From Nemertoderma westbladi (Eukaryota > Animalia > Xenacoelomorpha), in the NCBI GenBank assembly GCA_032718475.1, contig JAUCBJ010007173.1, forward strand, positions 1 through 64,000: a stretch of DNA of 64,000 nt, given 5' to 3'. The notes under the pieces were generated by a model. The model did no database searches. It saw only the letters and a program-made list of their open reading frames with translations, and had not been told where the DNA came from. Position numbers and translations under genes: made by a program. This document shows, one piece after another, positions 47,701 through 57,565 of this stretch (the stretch's first letter is position 1; every line of letters begins with the position of its first letter).

Positions 47701-47873
47701 TGAAGGTTTTCCAGCTCTAGTTGGATAGTCGCTTCAGACGTCTTCCGTTCTGCTTCTGCCACTGCCTCTGCCGCTTTTCTGTCTTCTCTCCTTTCAAGAC
47801 ACTGTCCAAGTCGACGACTCATTCTAAAACCCTCTAAGAGACTATCTGACAATGTTTGTGTTGTGTCAGACAT
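44769..47873 (-). CDS. BEL/Pao Gag-protease polyprotein with RT, most of RNase H and integrase deleted in frame
   Basis: DUF1759-like FNGDEMKWLPF..EKLRFLIECLEG; three BEL knuckles (CALCDGPH..C, CYNCLRRGH..C, CAKCGAKHH); protease ALLDSGS; TRVGW; RNase H tail WRHRP..NLADIASRG..WLGGP..WP; terminal PAGRLCLLE. Confidence 0.92.
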   Translation of the reverse strand: MSDTTQTLSDSLLEGFRMSRRLGQCLERREDRKAAEAVAEAERKTSEATIQLELENLQAKQDYLKKQTRRLPVPSRTVPESEPVLDAERGIKNLSPVVSRSPATTLATPASAVEWVAEGRREMGLLLEQLREHCLCSSQQVREMEETVQQLKGTVRESRLELQKVQQSIALECDKLVNLQKGIPITPVTMCQPVRSEVLHAQGVEPTRIYTASEVETPIANPIKGDYTPVVNDIPNRLDNNSRNLYTDNSIFNNTMAQESFTRQMARTEARQAVKVGEIVKFNGDEMKWLPFNEYYKDNIQNSVLSNGEKLRFLIECLEGPPKSMALKFIGHPDGLRQVWDTLNIRYGNRNNIARYLYAKLMAPRKFLSSGIIEFSDEIQEICRQLDWLGKSHEYQNSMVVGALASTLPKGGVGTRWDKKVLYTMEQQQRDPTMADLMSFLDGEVKLQLLKQSREKTPENKVSEKPVSRRRVTPVCYTDDGESQASQEEDSEEDTEKFYYVNKTSKNVSKSKARTHDRREQVDKTPLQFPNRVLGRKPEERTRVHNVTQNKVSNIKPNCALCDGPHRLSACAEFLKKSLVDRRTVVWDKRLCYNCLRRGHQRRTCYSDIKCAKCGAKHHILLQSEFERNSPSQVSEPKSHVQFSDVNDTDQSSEWEGFYTDEFSDANESCYLINTTVYRALTDEKDTDEFTPTPFDKQPSWKVPTSNIGIREFPVVQVRVHGPNKSYIVNALLDSGSTGTFIDQELAEDIFAGQPKFRTKLNMSGIIQVWKSTITADYYVGALSTPQDKLGAQSIRSVKMVAIKNFANTQVEPYNWNEDKSIQQLKIPRFQTDYPGVQILIGQNAHEALETLEKRPAQPQPLQTYAVRTRVGWYFTGPSRRTLEERLPSERLYQINGLEVESSEVDELTEGTPYSSDNDDINSNEDQWRHRPEMINLADIASRGATPQERIDTPGWLGGPDSLSKEEDEWPPHLNPAEIRQAKGAEKVTRQPNHPAGRLCLLERDQKLSGNYGRQDTLPTTTSLIRQISRDSIT

Positions 47874-49773
47874 TTCGCTTTATACAGTTGGATGCCTACT
47901 GCTATATATACAGTTAAAGCAAGTCTAGTAATTCAGTATCACTGCTAGCCTAATAATTAATTACCGATACTGCTACTCAATGTAGCGTGATATATATATA
48001 TAATATATTAGAATACCGGTATGCTTATAGTATATATAAGTATTATTACAGACGAGATTTGTCACAGAGTACCGGTATATAAATTTAGCACAAATATATA
48101 TATAAATATATAATAGGCCTATAGTGAATACCGGTATACAGCTTACACTTATAGTATATATAAGTATAATTATGAACTAGAATTAATTACAGAGTACCGG
48201 TATGATTTCAGCTCAAATTTATAGAAATAAATATAATAAGCCTATGGTAAATACTGGTATGTCAATTATTTTAGAATAATTGAATTTCTGAATATTTTAG
48301 GGTTACTTGGTTACTTTAACTTACTTTATTACCGTTATTTAAGCAGTAGTCCAACTGATATTGAGACCTAGTTGTTGTATGGCAGGCCTACTATTTATAA
48401 ATCGTTTGAGTTGATTTATAATATTTATATACCCGTTTAAAATGGGTTTTTGTCAATATTTGAAATAAATGTTATTATTTCTGGGGGAGTCACTACACAG
48501 AAGCTGAACGCCTCTCAGTGAAGTGCTATTTATTTGACACTAAAACTGATAATTCTAATTTACCTAAGTTACTTAATACTACAAATTACTTACGATACGG
48601 GTGAGATTAATTCTCTAATTAAACACAACAAAATATTACGTACGAAATTTTTAGGGTAATTTTACAGGAAGTCTACAAACCAGTCCAACAAAGGGTTAGA
48701 TTTCTGGTTATTACAAAGGACAGGGTACTACGGTATTTAAATAATAAGTAGTAGTAAATATATTGTACTGCCCAGATAGGAAAATACCACCGCCTGACGA
48801 CCTATAACCGTATCGCTATAGGTACTACGTTATGTATCACGGATTGTTCCTACCCAGAAGCTAATAGAGCTAACGAATGTGCCTATCAACCACTTTACAA
48901 CACAAATATACTGCCTACACTAATTACTTCGGAAAGCACTGTACACTAAACCCTAAATTAGGTACAAGTACCGGTATAACAAATAATCAGTAGTTAAATA
49001 TACTTGAACAGTTAAAAGAACCACGGCATCTGCTGGAGTGACCGAAGCACAAAATCTCCAGTCTTTACCTACGCCGAGCAGCCCTGATGTAGTACCGGGG
49101 TTAGTTTAACTATAACGGTATGTATAACAAGCACAATTACTGTAGGAATAAACTTGGGGACATGAATGTTGCGAATAATCGCATAAACTCTGAATAATAA
49201 ATATTACGCTACCCGTACAGAATACTGAAACAAATACAAACCAAACGCTGGCAAACTACTATCAAGCCTAAACAAACTACAGTATGTGCAGACTCTGAAA
49301 CTGTTAGTTAGTATGCGTTCTAACACGGTAGTACGACTTATTCTTTAAGAGGGGATTGACCTTCAGCATATGGCTGCCCCAACTTACTAACGGCACTTTA
49401 TCAGACCAACTCTACACACACCGCAATCTCTCCAAACTCAACAACAGTCAGACAGCAGCTCAGCCTACAATTATCTGAACAATCTGAGCAGGGTCACACG
49501 CCTTCTGCTCAATATTAGCCTACTAGTAAATAAAACCGACAGAAATAAGTAAACTATACAAAAGAATGAGGGGTGATCAATCCCTATTCCCCTGGCAGCC
49601 TACAATATACAATAGATCACAATCGAAATAATACTAAATGTACTTGTACAGCAGTACCGGTACCGGTGATGACAGTTAGGCCTACTGACCTACAGAAGCA
49701 CCGGTTCAGTTTTACCAGTCACTACGGTATTTTGCAACCCTATTGCCTACTGCAATAAGATTATAACTGTTAC

Positions 49774-51003
49774 TGTTCGCGCTTTTGAAGACCTTTAGCA
49801 GTTTAACCTGCCAAAATTTATATGTCATTTAGTTAATTAACACACCTTTAGCATACGACAATATTTTATGCTAATAAACAAAACATTAGCCGAAGCCAGC
49901 CCATGCGCGATCATTCACCCGATGGATCTACACCCGGGAGGCTGAATTCGGATGCTTAGATTTTATTATTGCAGTGTAAGGTTGCAGTGTAAGCCTACTG
50001 TATTATTCGATTGATCGCTAATATGTAATTTCTGACAGATATTATTAACTTTCGGGAAATATTAACAGTTCCTTTAGGACGTGGCGCTCTATCTATTTAA
50101 ACAGAGCTAGGACTTATACTAAACGCAACGATAAGGCTTATGATTAAAGTATAAGTCGCATTCTTTAGGAAATGCTTTGTTACCAGTCACATCACACTCA
50201 CAATCATGCACACTATTCTGCCGACCGTCAGTATATTTGATCACACATAAAGAGAACAGCAATTGACTCAGGTAGTGTCTACTAAATAACATTAGATTCA
50301 ATACACACCACATTGATATAAATCGCAATTGTTATATATAGCCCGCCTCTCTAACCTGTAGTGTATCAAGAAAATTGGGAATTTTGGGTGATTTATCCGT
50401 ATTCTCCAAAGAGCAATATTTCCATCAACAAATAGATACAATTAATAACTGACGGTAAATAGCAGTACAAACAATATGATTAGTGCAGTTAAATTAAGTG
50501 AGGTAACACCGCCGGTAACAGTTATACTTTCTATAATCTAAGCAGTTTTACTAGAGTTTCTAGAGCCGGTGTTTCTGGCTTAGACAGCAATAACAACAAA
50601 GTATCAAGTAAAAACAGTAAGACTGAACACTCTCCTTATGATCGGCCGAAAAGCTACACGTCGACAGGAAAAAACGCTCTGATTGGCTCAAGCCAAACAA
50701 AGAACCATGCATCCAATGGCTGTTTCCATGTCAGCAACCAGCTGTTAGATGTCGTAATATGAATCATCACGGCTAAGCTGTGAAAGGTATTTGGTGCATT
50801 GCAGGTTTTTTGCCTTACCATGTCCGCTAAAACACGTATATAGCAGAATGACTTTTATGTCCGTTAAAACACCTGTAACGGTACCTTGCGGGCGAGGGGA
50901 ATATATATACAGTTAGAGAACCTTTTTAGAGTATTCCAGCGCCTGGGGGGAAACTGGATTGCGAAGCAAAAGGGGCCAGTTATATCCCACAGAAGCTTTT
51001 ACA
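49774..51003 (-). repeat. 5' LTR (1230 bp) with candidate CCAAT box (about 50684), initiator-like TCAGT (about 50624) and AATAAA (about 49964)
   Basis: Direct repeat of 40386-41615; promoter and poly(A) motifs read on the minus strand, with function inferred. Confidence 0.93.
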
Positions 51004-51515
51004 CACACTCCTTGTTGCATCCGGTCCACCATGTACCATAAACCTTCTCGCAATCACTCCCACACTCCTTGTTGCATCCGGTCCACCATGTACCATAAAC
51101 CTTCTCGCAATCACTCCCTCACTCCTTGTTGCATCCGGTCCACCATGTACCATAAACCTTCTCGCAATCACTCCCACACTCCTTGTTGCATCCGGTCCAC
51201 CATGTACCATAAACCTTCTCGCAATCACTCCCTCACTCCTTGTTGCATCCGGTCCACCATGTACCATAAACCTTCTCGCAATCACTCCCACACTCCTTGT
51301 TGCATCCGGTCCACCATGTACCATAAACCTTCTCGCAATCACTCCCTCACTCCTTGTTGCATCCGGTCCACCATGTACCATAAACCTTCTCGCAATCACT
51401 CCCTCACTCCTTGTTGCATCCGGTCCACCATGTACCATAAACCTTCTCGCAATCACTCCCTCACTCCTTGTTGCATCCGGTCCACCATGTACCATAAACC
51501 TTCTCGCAATCACTC
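51004..51515. repeat. 57-bp minisatellite, right block (about 9 units)
   Basis: Same unit, continuing in register across the LTR element. Confidence 0.97.
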
Positions 51516-52005
51516 TCGCAAACTCTTTTCCCTTTTCCTTCTCTGAATAGCGAACCTTCCGTCTTCACATTCGATCTCATTATTTTGACCGACACCGAGT
51601 AGATAATATTTTTTATATTCCGCTACTTTCACCACCAGCACAAGGAATGTCTGCACAGATGTGACCGAATCTAAAAACGTACGATAATCTGCCTCTTCTG
51701 TGCACTTCATTGCCGAACCCATATAAGCCTCTAAAATTCCTTGAATGTCTCTCAAGTTATATTTGTATTTCTCCCTCTCTACACTAAAATCATCTTTGTA
51801 ATTCTCATTTCTTTCCGTTTCATGTACTTTAGTATTAAATTAAGTTCACCAACCCCGCCAACGAAGCCGCATTGGTCATAATAAGAACAAATGAATTACA
51901 GTTCATGCAGTACCTACACATACACAGCGCCTTGAAATAGTGCTTAGAAAAGCGCTTTATAAATATTATTATTATAAAACTACAGCACAGCGACGGTAAT
52001 GTAAG

Positions 52006-52091
52006 TTTTTGCTTTTTGCTTTTTGTTGTTTGCTTTTATTTTATCTATTACCTTAATGTGGAAAAAATAAATATATATTCATATTCATTCA
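52006..52091 (+). mobile_element. ultra-short retroposed 3' tail with a 14-bp TSD
   Basis: gacggtaatgtaag at 51992-52005 and 52092-52105 flanks an 86-bp insert ending aataaa..(tattca)n. Confidence 0.6.
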
Positions 52092-52725
52092 GACGGTAAT
52101 GTAAGGCTTTTCAACCTTACTTACCGAGCTAGTAAAGTTATTAATTACGGACACTGGGAATTCCGTGTAAATGTATGATTTTAATGTTTATAATTAATTA
52201 TTGTTCTAGAATATATTCTCCTATTACAGTATAAGCGTTATGAGGTTCTATAGCATAAATTGGAAAATATAGCTCGTAAAAAATAGAGGGGAGGGGGGGG
52301 GGGGGGGGTGTGGGTCAACAAGGTGCAGTAATTAATGACAATAATATGCCTAGATAAATAAATCCCAAAAGTTATTGATTGTGTGGTTGTATGCGTATCT
52401 ATCTCTATGATAACAATAATCCAATATTCTGGAATTTTTAGTTATTTGATATAGAATCGCCAAATGAGCTAAGTAATTTTGAATGTGTTTTTCTGATAAT
52501 TTGGCCAGTTTTGGTCTCCCAGCCAACTCAAATTGACGTATTTACGACCAACCCCAAGTAAGCCCTTTCACCTTTTACTAATCGTCTTAAAATTTTGAGG
52601 GAGCTAGTTTTTAGATTTTTTTTATTTTATTACTTAAGTAGTAAATAATAGCTAACTGAAATAAAAACAACAACTTCTTCAAATATTCTTCTTAAGTTGC
52701 CATTTTCTTGTTATTTCGCTAACAA

Positions 52726-55215
52726 ATGGCCAACTTTGAGACGGTGGTGGAAGGTAACGATGGGGAGGAGGACATTTACTCCGGGTTCAATGATTTCGAC
52801 CCAAACTTCGATACGTCGGGCATCGGTGAGGACAACGTGTTTAAAGAGGCAGTGAAATCTAGTTACGGGAATCGGCCCTATATGATACAACCCAACCAGA
52901 ACGTTCAACAAAGCGGGAGGTTGGGGACCGCGGCTGGTAGGTTGGGGACCGCGGCTGGTCGGTTGGGGACATCGGGTGGTAGGTTGGGGACATCGGGTGG
53001 TAGGTTGGGAACCGCGGCTGGAAGGATCGGGACCATATCGGGGCGAGTGGGTACGGCCTCGGCGGTCACCGCAGCCGCAGACGGCGGGGTGCGGCCAATG
53101 ACAGCTACCAACGCGGCTGGATACCAGTCCGTTCAGAAAGTTTTCGATCCCCTCAACCAAGGCGGCTCCATCGGGCTGTCCAAAGGCCTCGATATAAAGG
53201 AACAATCCAAAGACGAACAAATTAAGTTGAAAGAAAAACAGGTCGCGGACTTCATTGAACAGAGTGTTGTAGGGTCTACCGCTGAAGGTTTGGACGTTGC
53301 CAAACAGGCCGTGGATCTGGCTCAAACTCTGGAGTCCCCTGAACTAAAGTTCGCCGCCTCCATCAACTACAGCAACCAATTGGAAGCGAATGGTAAGTGG
53401 GATGGCGCGATAAAGGAATGTCGCAAACTATTCGATTCCAACAACCCCATCAACGGCAATAAAGGGCCGTTTAGAATCAATTTTGGTAACATTTGGTACA
53501 AAAAGCGTAAGTTCACCGAGGCTAATAAGGAATACGCGAAGGCCTTGGATCAGCTGCCGGAAGTGACGCACAACGAAATGAAATCGAGATTCACGGAGAA
53601 TTTAGCCGTTGGTTTCATTGCCAAGAAGGAATATCTCACGACTATACGTACGTTGGAGGTTGCTATGGCAAAGAAGAAGAATTTTACTGCGGCGTATAAC
53701 CTCATTCTCGCTTACTACGCCACCGGAAACAAGGATAAAATGAAGGATTCCTTCGTTCAACTTCTTAAAATTCCGTTGAGTTTTGATTTTGACGTGGCAA
53801 AAGGATCGCAGCTGGACCAAGCAAATCGGCGTTACAATCTGATAAGCGAGGCGACGTGTAACGACAGATTGGCTAGTCAGATAAAACGGAAGAGGGCCAA
53901 GATTCAGCGGTTTATTCAGGTGGCTTCACGTTTGATCGCCGGGGTCGTCGATAAATCTTTGGCTGACGGCTACGACTGGTGCGTGAGCGCCGTGAAAATG
54001 TCACAGTTTAGCCAATTGGCAAACGATTTGGAAATCGATAAAGCTATAAGTTTCCTAAAGCAGAAGAACTTTAAAGAAGCCGTTGAGTCATTGAAGAGTT
54101 TCGAGAAAAAAGATCACAAAATGGCTGTTCCGGCATCGGTGAACCTTTCGTCGATTTACTTTCTGGAAGGCGATTATATTCAATCGGAAAAGTACGTGGA
54201 TATGGCGCTGAAAGCCGACAAGTACAACGATTACGCTTTGCTTATCAAAGGAAACCTTCACTTCACCAGAGGTGAGTACCAGAAAGCTAATGATGTATAC
54301 ACTGACGCGTTGAGTAAGAACTGCGACAACTTCGGAGCTCTGTATAATCTGGGGTTGGCCTGGCAGAAGGAAGGTAACTTTAAGAAAGCTTTGGATGTGT
54401 TTCAAAAATTTAATCTTAAGATGCCGTGCTGCTTTGAAGCGATGTACCAGATCGGGTACTGCAGCAGGCAGTTGAATCAGTTGAGTCTGGCTGGAGAGTT
54501 CCTGGAGCAGCTGAAGAATAGTCTGCCGGCCGACGATTCAGTGGGTACTCTACTGTCGGAGGTCTACAAAGAGCAAGGAGACCCTATAGCCGAGTTTAAC
54601 CAGCACGTCGACATACAGAGTAACAACCCGAGCGTCATCTCTAACCTCGAGTGGATAGCGGTGTACTACGCGCAGAACAAGTTACCCGAGAAGGCCTTGC
54701 CTTATATCGAAACCTGTGCACTCCTTCAACCCCAGAAGGTCAGTTGGCACCTGCTCATTGCTAAACTTTTACGTTTAACCAATCAGCATCAAGAGGCTCT
54801 CGACAAGTATAAGGAAACCCAGGCGAAGTTTCCTGATAATGTCGAGACTCTGGAGCTGCTAGTTGGGGCTTCTGAGGCGTTGAATATCGAGTGTGCTGCG
54901 TACAAGGGGGCCTTGGTAAGGGCACGGGAGAGGAAAAAGGTGAGCGAGATGAAATACGGTAAAGATAAATCAACAGATAGGGGGGCTGAGAAACAAGATA
55001 TTGTGTTAGCAAAAAACGCCCAGGTTGAAGATAGAAACGTCGTCTCTACTGCCGTTGTAAGTAATAAAGTCGAGGATAAAAGCCGTGTCAGTAGCGATTA
55101 CGTCGACCCTTTGGGGCCTCTAGCGCAACGACCTACTACGGCGATATCAGTTCGTGGACGCAAAACCGAACTGGTTGAAGAGAACGATATACCACTTAGT
55201 TTGCTTCCAGAATGA
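52726..55215 (+). CDS. IFT88: intraflagellar transport protein 88 (IFT-B TPR protein), intronless
   Basis: 829-aa ORF with IFT88 signatures EDIYSGFND, RPMTA..AAGY, FDPLNQ, GYDWCV, LANDLEIDKA, LKSFEKKD, TPR arrays, YVDPLGP..RPTTA and terminal LLPE; aataaa at about 55251. Confidence 0.93.
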   Translation: MANFETVVEGNDGEEDIYSGFNDFDPNFDTSGIGEDNVFKEAVKSSYGNRPYMIQPNQNVQQSGRLGTAAGRLGTAAGRLGTSGGRLGTSGGRLGTAAGRIGTISGRVGTASAVTAAADGGVRPMTATNAAGYQSVQKVFDPLNQGGSIGLSKGLDIKEQSKDEQIKLKEKQVADFIEQSVVGSTAEGLDVAKQAVDLAQTLESPELKFAASINYSNQLEANGKWDGAIKECRKLFDSNNPINGNKGPFRINFGNIWYKKRKFTEANKEYAKALDQLPEVTHNEMKSRFTENLAVGFIAKKEYLTTIRTLEVAMAKKKNFTAAYNLILAYYATGNKDKMKDSFVQLLKIPLSFDFDVAKGSQLDQANRRYNLISEATCNDRLASQIKRKRAKIQRFIQVASRLIAGVVDKSLADGYDWCVSAVKMSQFSQLANDLEIDKAISFLKQKNFKEAVESLKSFEKKDHKMAVPASVNLSSIYFLEGDYIQSEKYVDMALKADKYNDYALLIKGNLHFTRGEYQKANDVYTDALSKNCDNFGALYNLGLAWQKEGNFKKALDVFQKFNLKMPCCFEAMYQIGYCSRQLNQLSLAGEFLEQLKNSLPADDSVGTLLSEVYKEQGDPIAEFNQHVDIQSNNPSVISNLEWIAVYYAQNKLPEKALPYIETCALLQPQKVSWHLLIAKLLRLTNQHQEALDKYKETQAKFPDNVETLELLVGASEALNIECAAYKGALVRARERKKVSEMKYGKDKSTDRGAEKQDIVLAKNAQVEDRNVVSTAVVSNKVEDKSRVSSDYVDPLGPLAQRPTTAISVRGRKTELVEENDIPLSLLPE

Positions 55216-55944
55216 CATTTATCATTACAAAATGTGCAATTATTGAAAATAATAAATCGGTAATTATTAAATTATATTTCATAAAACACCCAATTTTTAA
55301 ACGGATATAATAAAGTTGAAAGGCAAAAACCGACCTTATTCTGGTTCAGGTGTGACTTTGAATCCAGGAGAAAGGTTTCACGTCTACCGATAACTTCACT
55401 TTACTTTTCTCACACCGATCCTTCAGCAATGCACCATCTGCTGGAATATAGTTGTGTTAATTCAGGGACATCCCCATTGTTACAGATCTCAATGATATGG
55501 AAGTTGATGTGCACCTGGAGAGCTCTAATAGATAGATAGAATTACAAAACGTAACTTGTAACTGTTTGTGTAAACAATCAACCGAAATCCAGAACTGAAT
55601 CTACATGATATGTTGAGCTGGTGAACTGAATTTGTAACTGAAACTGAATTTAGAGGCGATAGCAAACTGAAACTGAAATTATTTTAATTTAATTTCAGTG
55701 TTCAGCACTGAAAATATTCGTACTATATGTATATACTACGGAGTTATGAAACATTTCAATTTCCAAATAATAAATACTTATTTTACAAAAAGAAAGTAAC
55801 TTTTTTTGTCTGACTTTTTAAGTCTTTTGAGGAAAAAATTATTTTACTAATTCGAGGAAATGCGGTTTACAATGAGGACAAAATATGTTTGAAGCTAAAA
55901 GTCGGCCAATCATTAATTAATTGGATCCAAACTTAATACACATG

Positions 55945-56434
55945 TTATTATAGGAAGGGATATAGGGGTTTTAACCTCGAATGATAAGTAATTTACCGAA
56001 AATAACTTATCTTTTATTGGCGCAATTGTAGGACTAATCCCCTCACATGCGTACTTTTTAACCGGGTAGTGTACAAATTTAGGAATCGCGTAATCTTTTC
56101 TTGAAATTAATATCTCATATCTCTCCAAACCACGTACGCGTTTCGACCTTAATGGGTCTCATCAGCGTGGTGTCGGATTCGAACCTGGGACCTCGAGGTG
56201 GAAGCCGAGACTACAACCACTAGGCCACAGGTTCTTGAGATAATATCTCAAGAACCTGTGGCCTAGTGGTTGTACTCCATAATACTCCATAATACATAAT
56301 ACTCCATATTATGGAGTATTAATTTCAAAGCCAGCTGCCGTTTTAAAAAAATATATAATAAAAAAGATAAGTTATTTTCGGTAAAATAAACTTATCATTC
56401 GAGGTTAAAACCCCTATATCCCTTCCTATAATAA
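55945..56434. mobile_element. tRNA-headed hammerhead-containing retroelement in head-to-head inverted arrangement
   Basis: Minus-strand tRNA-like head at 56172-56235 (A box tggcctagtgg, B box ggttcgaatcc); perfect 29-bp palindrome 56212-56240 / 56246-56274; distal inverted arms 55945-56018 / 56357-56434. Confidence 0.75.
56129..56171 (-). ncRNA. minimal type I hammerhead ribozyme
   Basis: ACCACG-CUGAUGA-GACC(CAUUAA)GGUC-GAAA-CGCG-UA^CGUGGU: perfect stems I and II, intact core, palindromic ACGCGU stem III, GUA cleavage triplet. Confidence 0.88.
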
Positions 56435-57055
56435 ATGTATAATAACAAATACCTCGAAAAATACAGCTTGCCAACACATTGTTACTATCAATAATACACA
56501 TGTAGTCTATACAAAATTTTGAAATTTTACACGCAGACAGACTTCTATAGTTTGTGTGTCGCCCGCTAGGGGGCGAATTGTATGAAACATAGAAGTAGCT
56601 ATAGTTAGCCCTATATAACCCTTCTCGAGTTAGCCGACTCTCGTGGTGCGCGAATGTCCCACGAACAGGGGATATTCGGCCCCCAGACCAGCACCATACA
56701 AGTAAGTCCGGACGTGTTGGCCCGGACAATTCTGTTCCATTAAGGGGGGGGGGGGGGGGGGGGGGGGGGGGACCAAGTAACGGGCCTTTACCCTGCGAGG
56801 TCAATTATAATATACTTCAAGGGGTCCATGAAAAATATAGCTATTTGGTGTTCATGTAAATTAATATTGTCATTAGAGAATAGTTTTGTACTACAGTGAT
56901 CTGTGGGACTGTTTTTATCCCGCCGAGACATAAAGATACATCCTAAAACTTCACCTAAATATCGGGATAAAATGTCATTTTTTAGAATAAAAACGTGTAT
57001 AACGGTTTATCTCGCTTAGAGTAATTAATATGATTCCTAAAACTTCTACTTACAG

Positions 57056-57563
57056 GTTGATCCACCTTTAGATCCTAACATTATTACTTCTACAGGTTGA
57101 TCCACCTTTAGATCCTAACATTATTACTTCTACAGGTTGATCCACCTATAGATCCTAACATTATTACTTCTACAGGTTGATCCACCTTTAGATCCTAAAA
57201 TTATTACTTCTAGAGGTTGATCCACCTTTAGATCCTAACATTATTACTACTACAGGTTGATCCACCTTTAGATCCTAACATTATTACTTCTACAGGTTGA
57301 TCCACCTTTAGATCCTAACATTATTACTTCTACAGGTTGATTCACCTTTAGATCCTAACATTATTACTTCTACAGGTTGATCAACCTTTAGATCCTAACA
57401 TTATTACTTCTACAGGTTGATCCACCTATAGATCCTAACATTATTACTTCTACAGGTTGATCCACCTTTAGATCCTAAAATTATTACTTCTAGAGGTTGA
57501 TCCACCTTTAGATCCTAAAATTATTACTTCTAGAGGTTGATCCACCTTTAGATCCTAACATTA
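57056..57563 (+). repeat. 40-bp splice-acceptor satellite, block 1 (13 AG|GT junctions)
   Basis: Unit gttgatccacctttagatcctaacattattacttctacag, preceded by a unique acceptor cttctacttacag ending at 57055. Confidence 0.97.
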
Positions 57564-57565
57564 CA

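Larger units (their letters stand above)
40386..51003 (-). mobile_element. young non-autonomous BEL/Pao LTR retrotransposon (10.6 kb) inserted in the 57-bp satellite
   Basis: Two 1230-bp TG..CA LTRs, 5-bp TSD cacac (40381-40385 / 51004-51008), short purine tract gggagcgg before the 3' LTR, and a BEL gag-protease ORF. Confidence 0.95.

Noticed and set aside
39589-51515. 57-bp, 40-bp and 30-bp arrays as CRISPR arrays
   Set aside because: Units are head-to-tail with no unique spacers, there are no cas genes, and the context is eukaryotic.
55335-55520. Minus-strand exon bounded by ctctccag and gtcggt
   Set aside because: All three frames contain stops and no partner exons were found.
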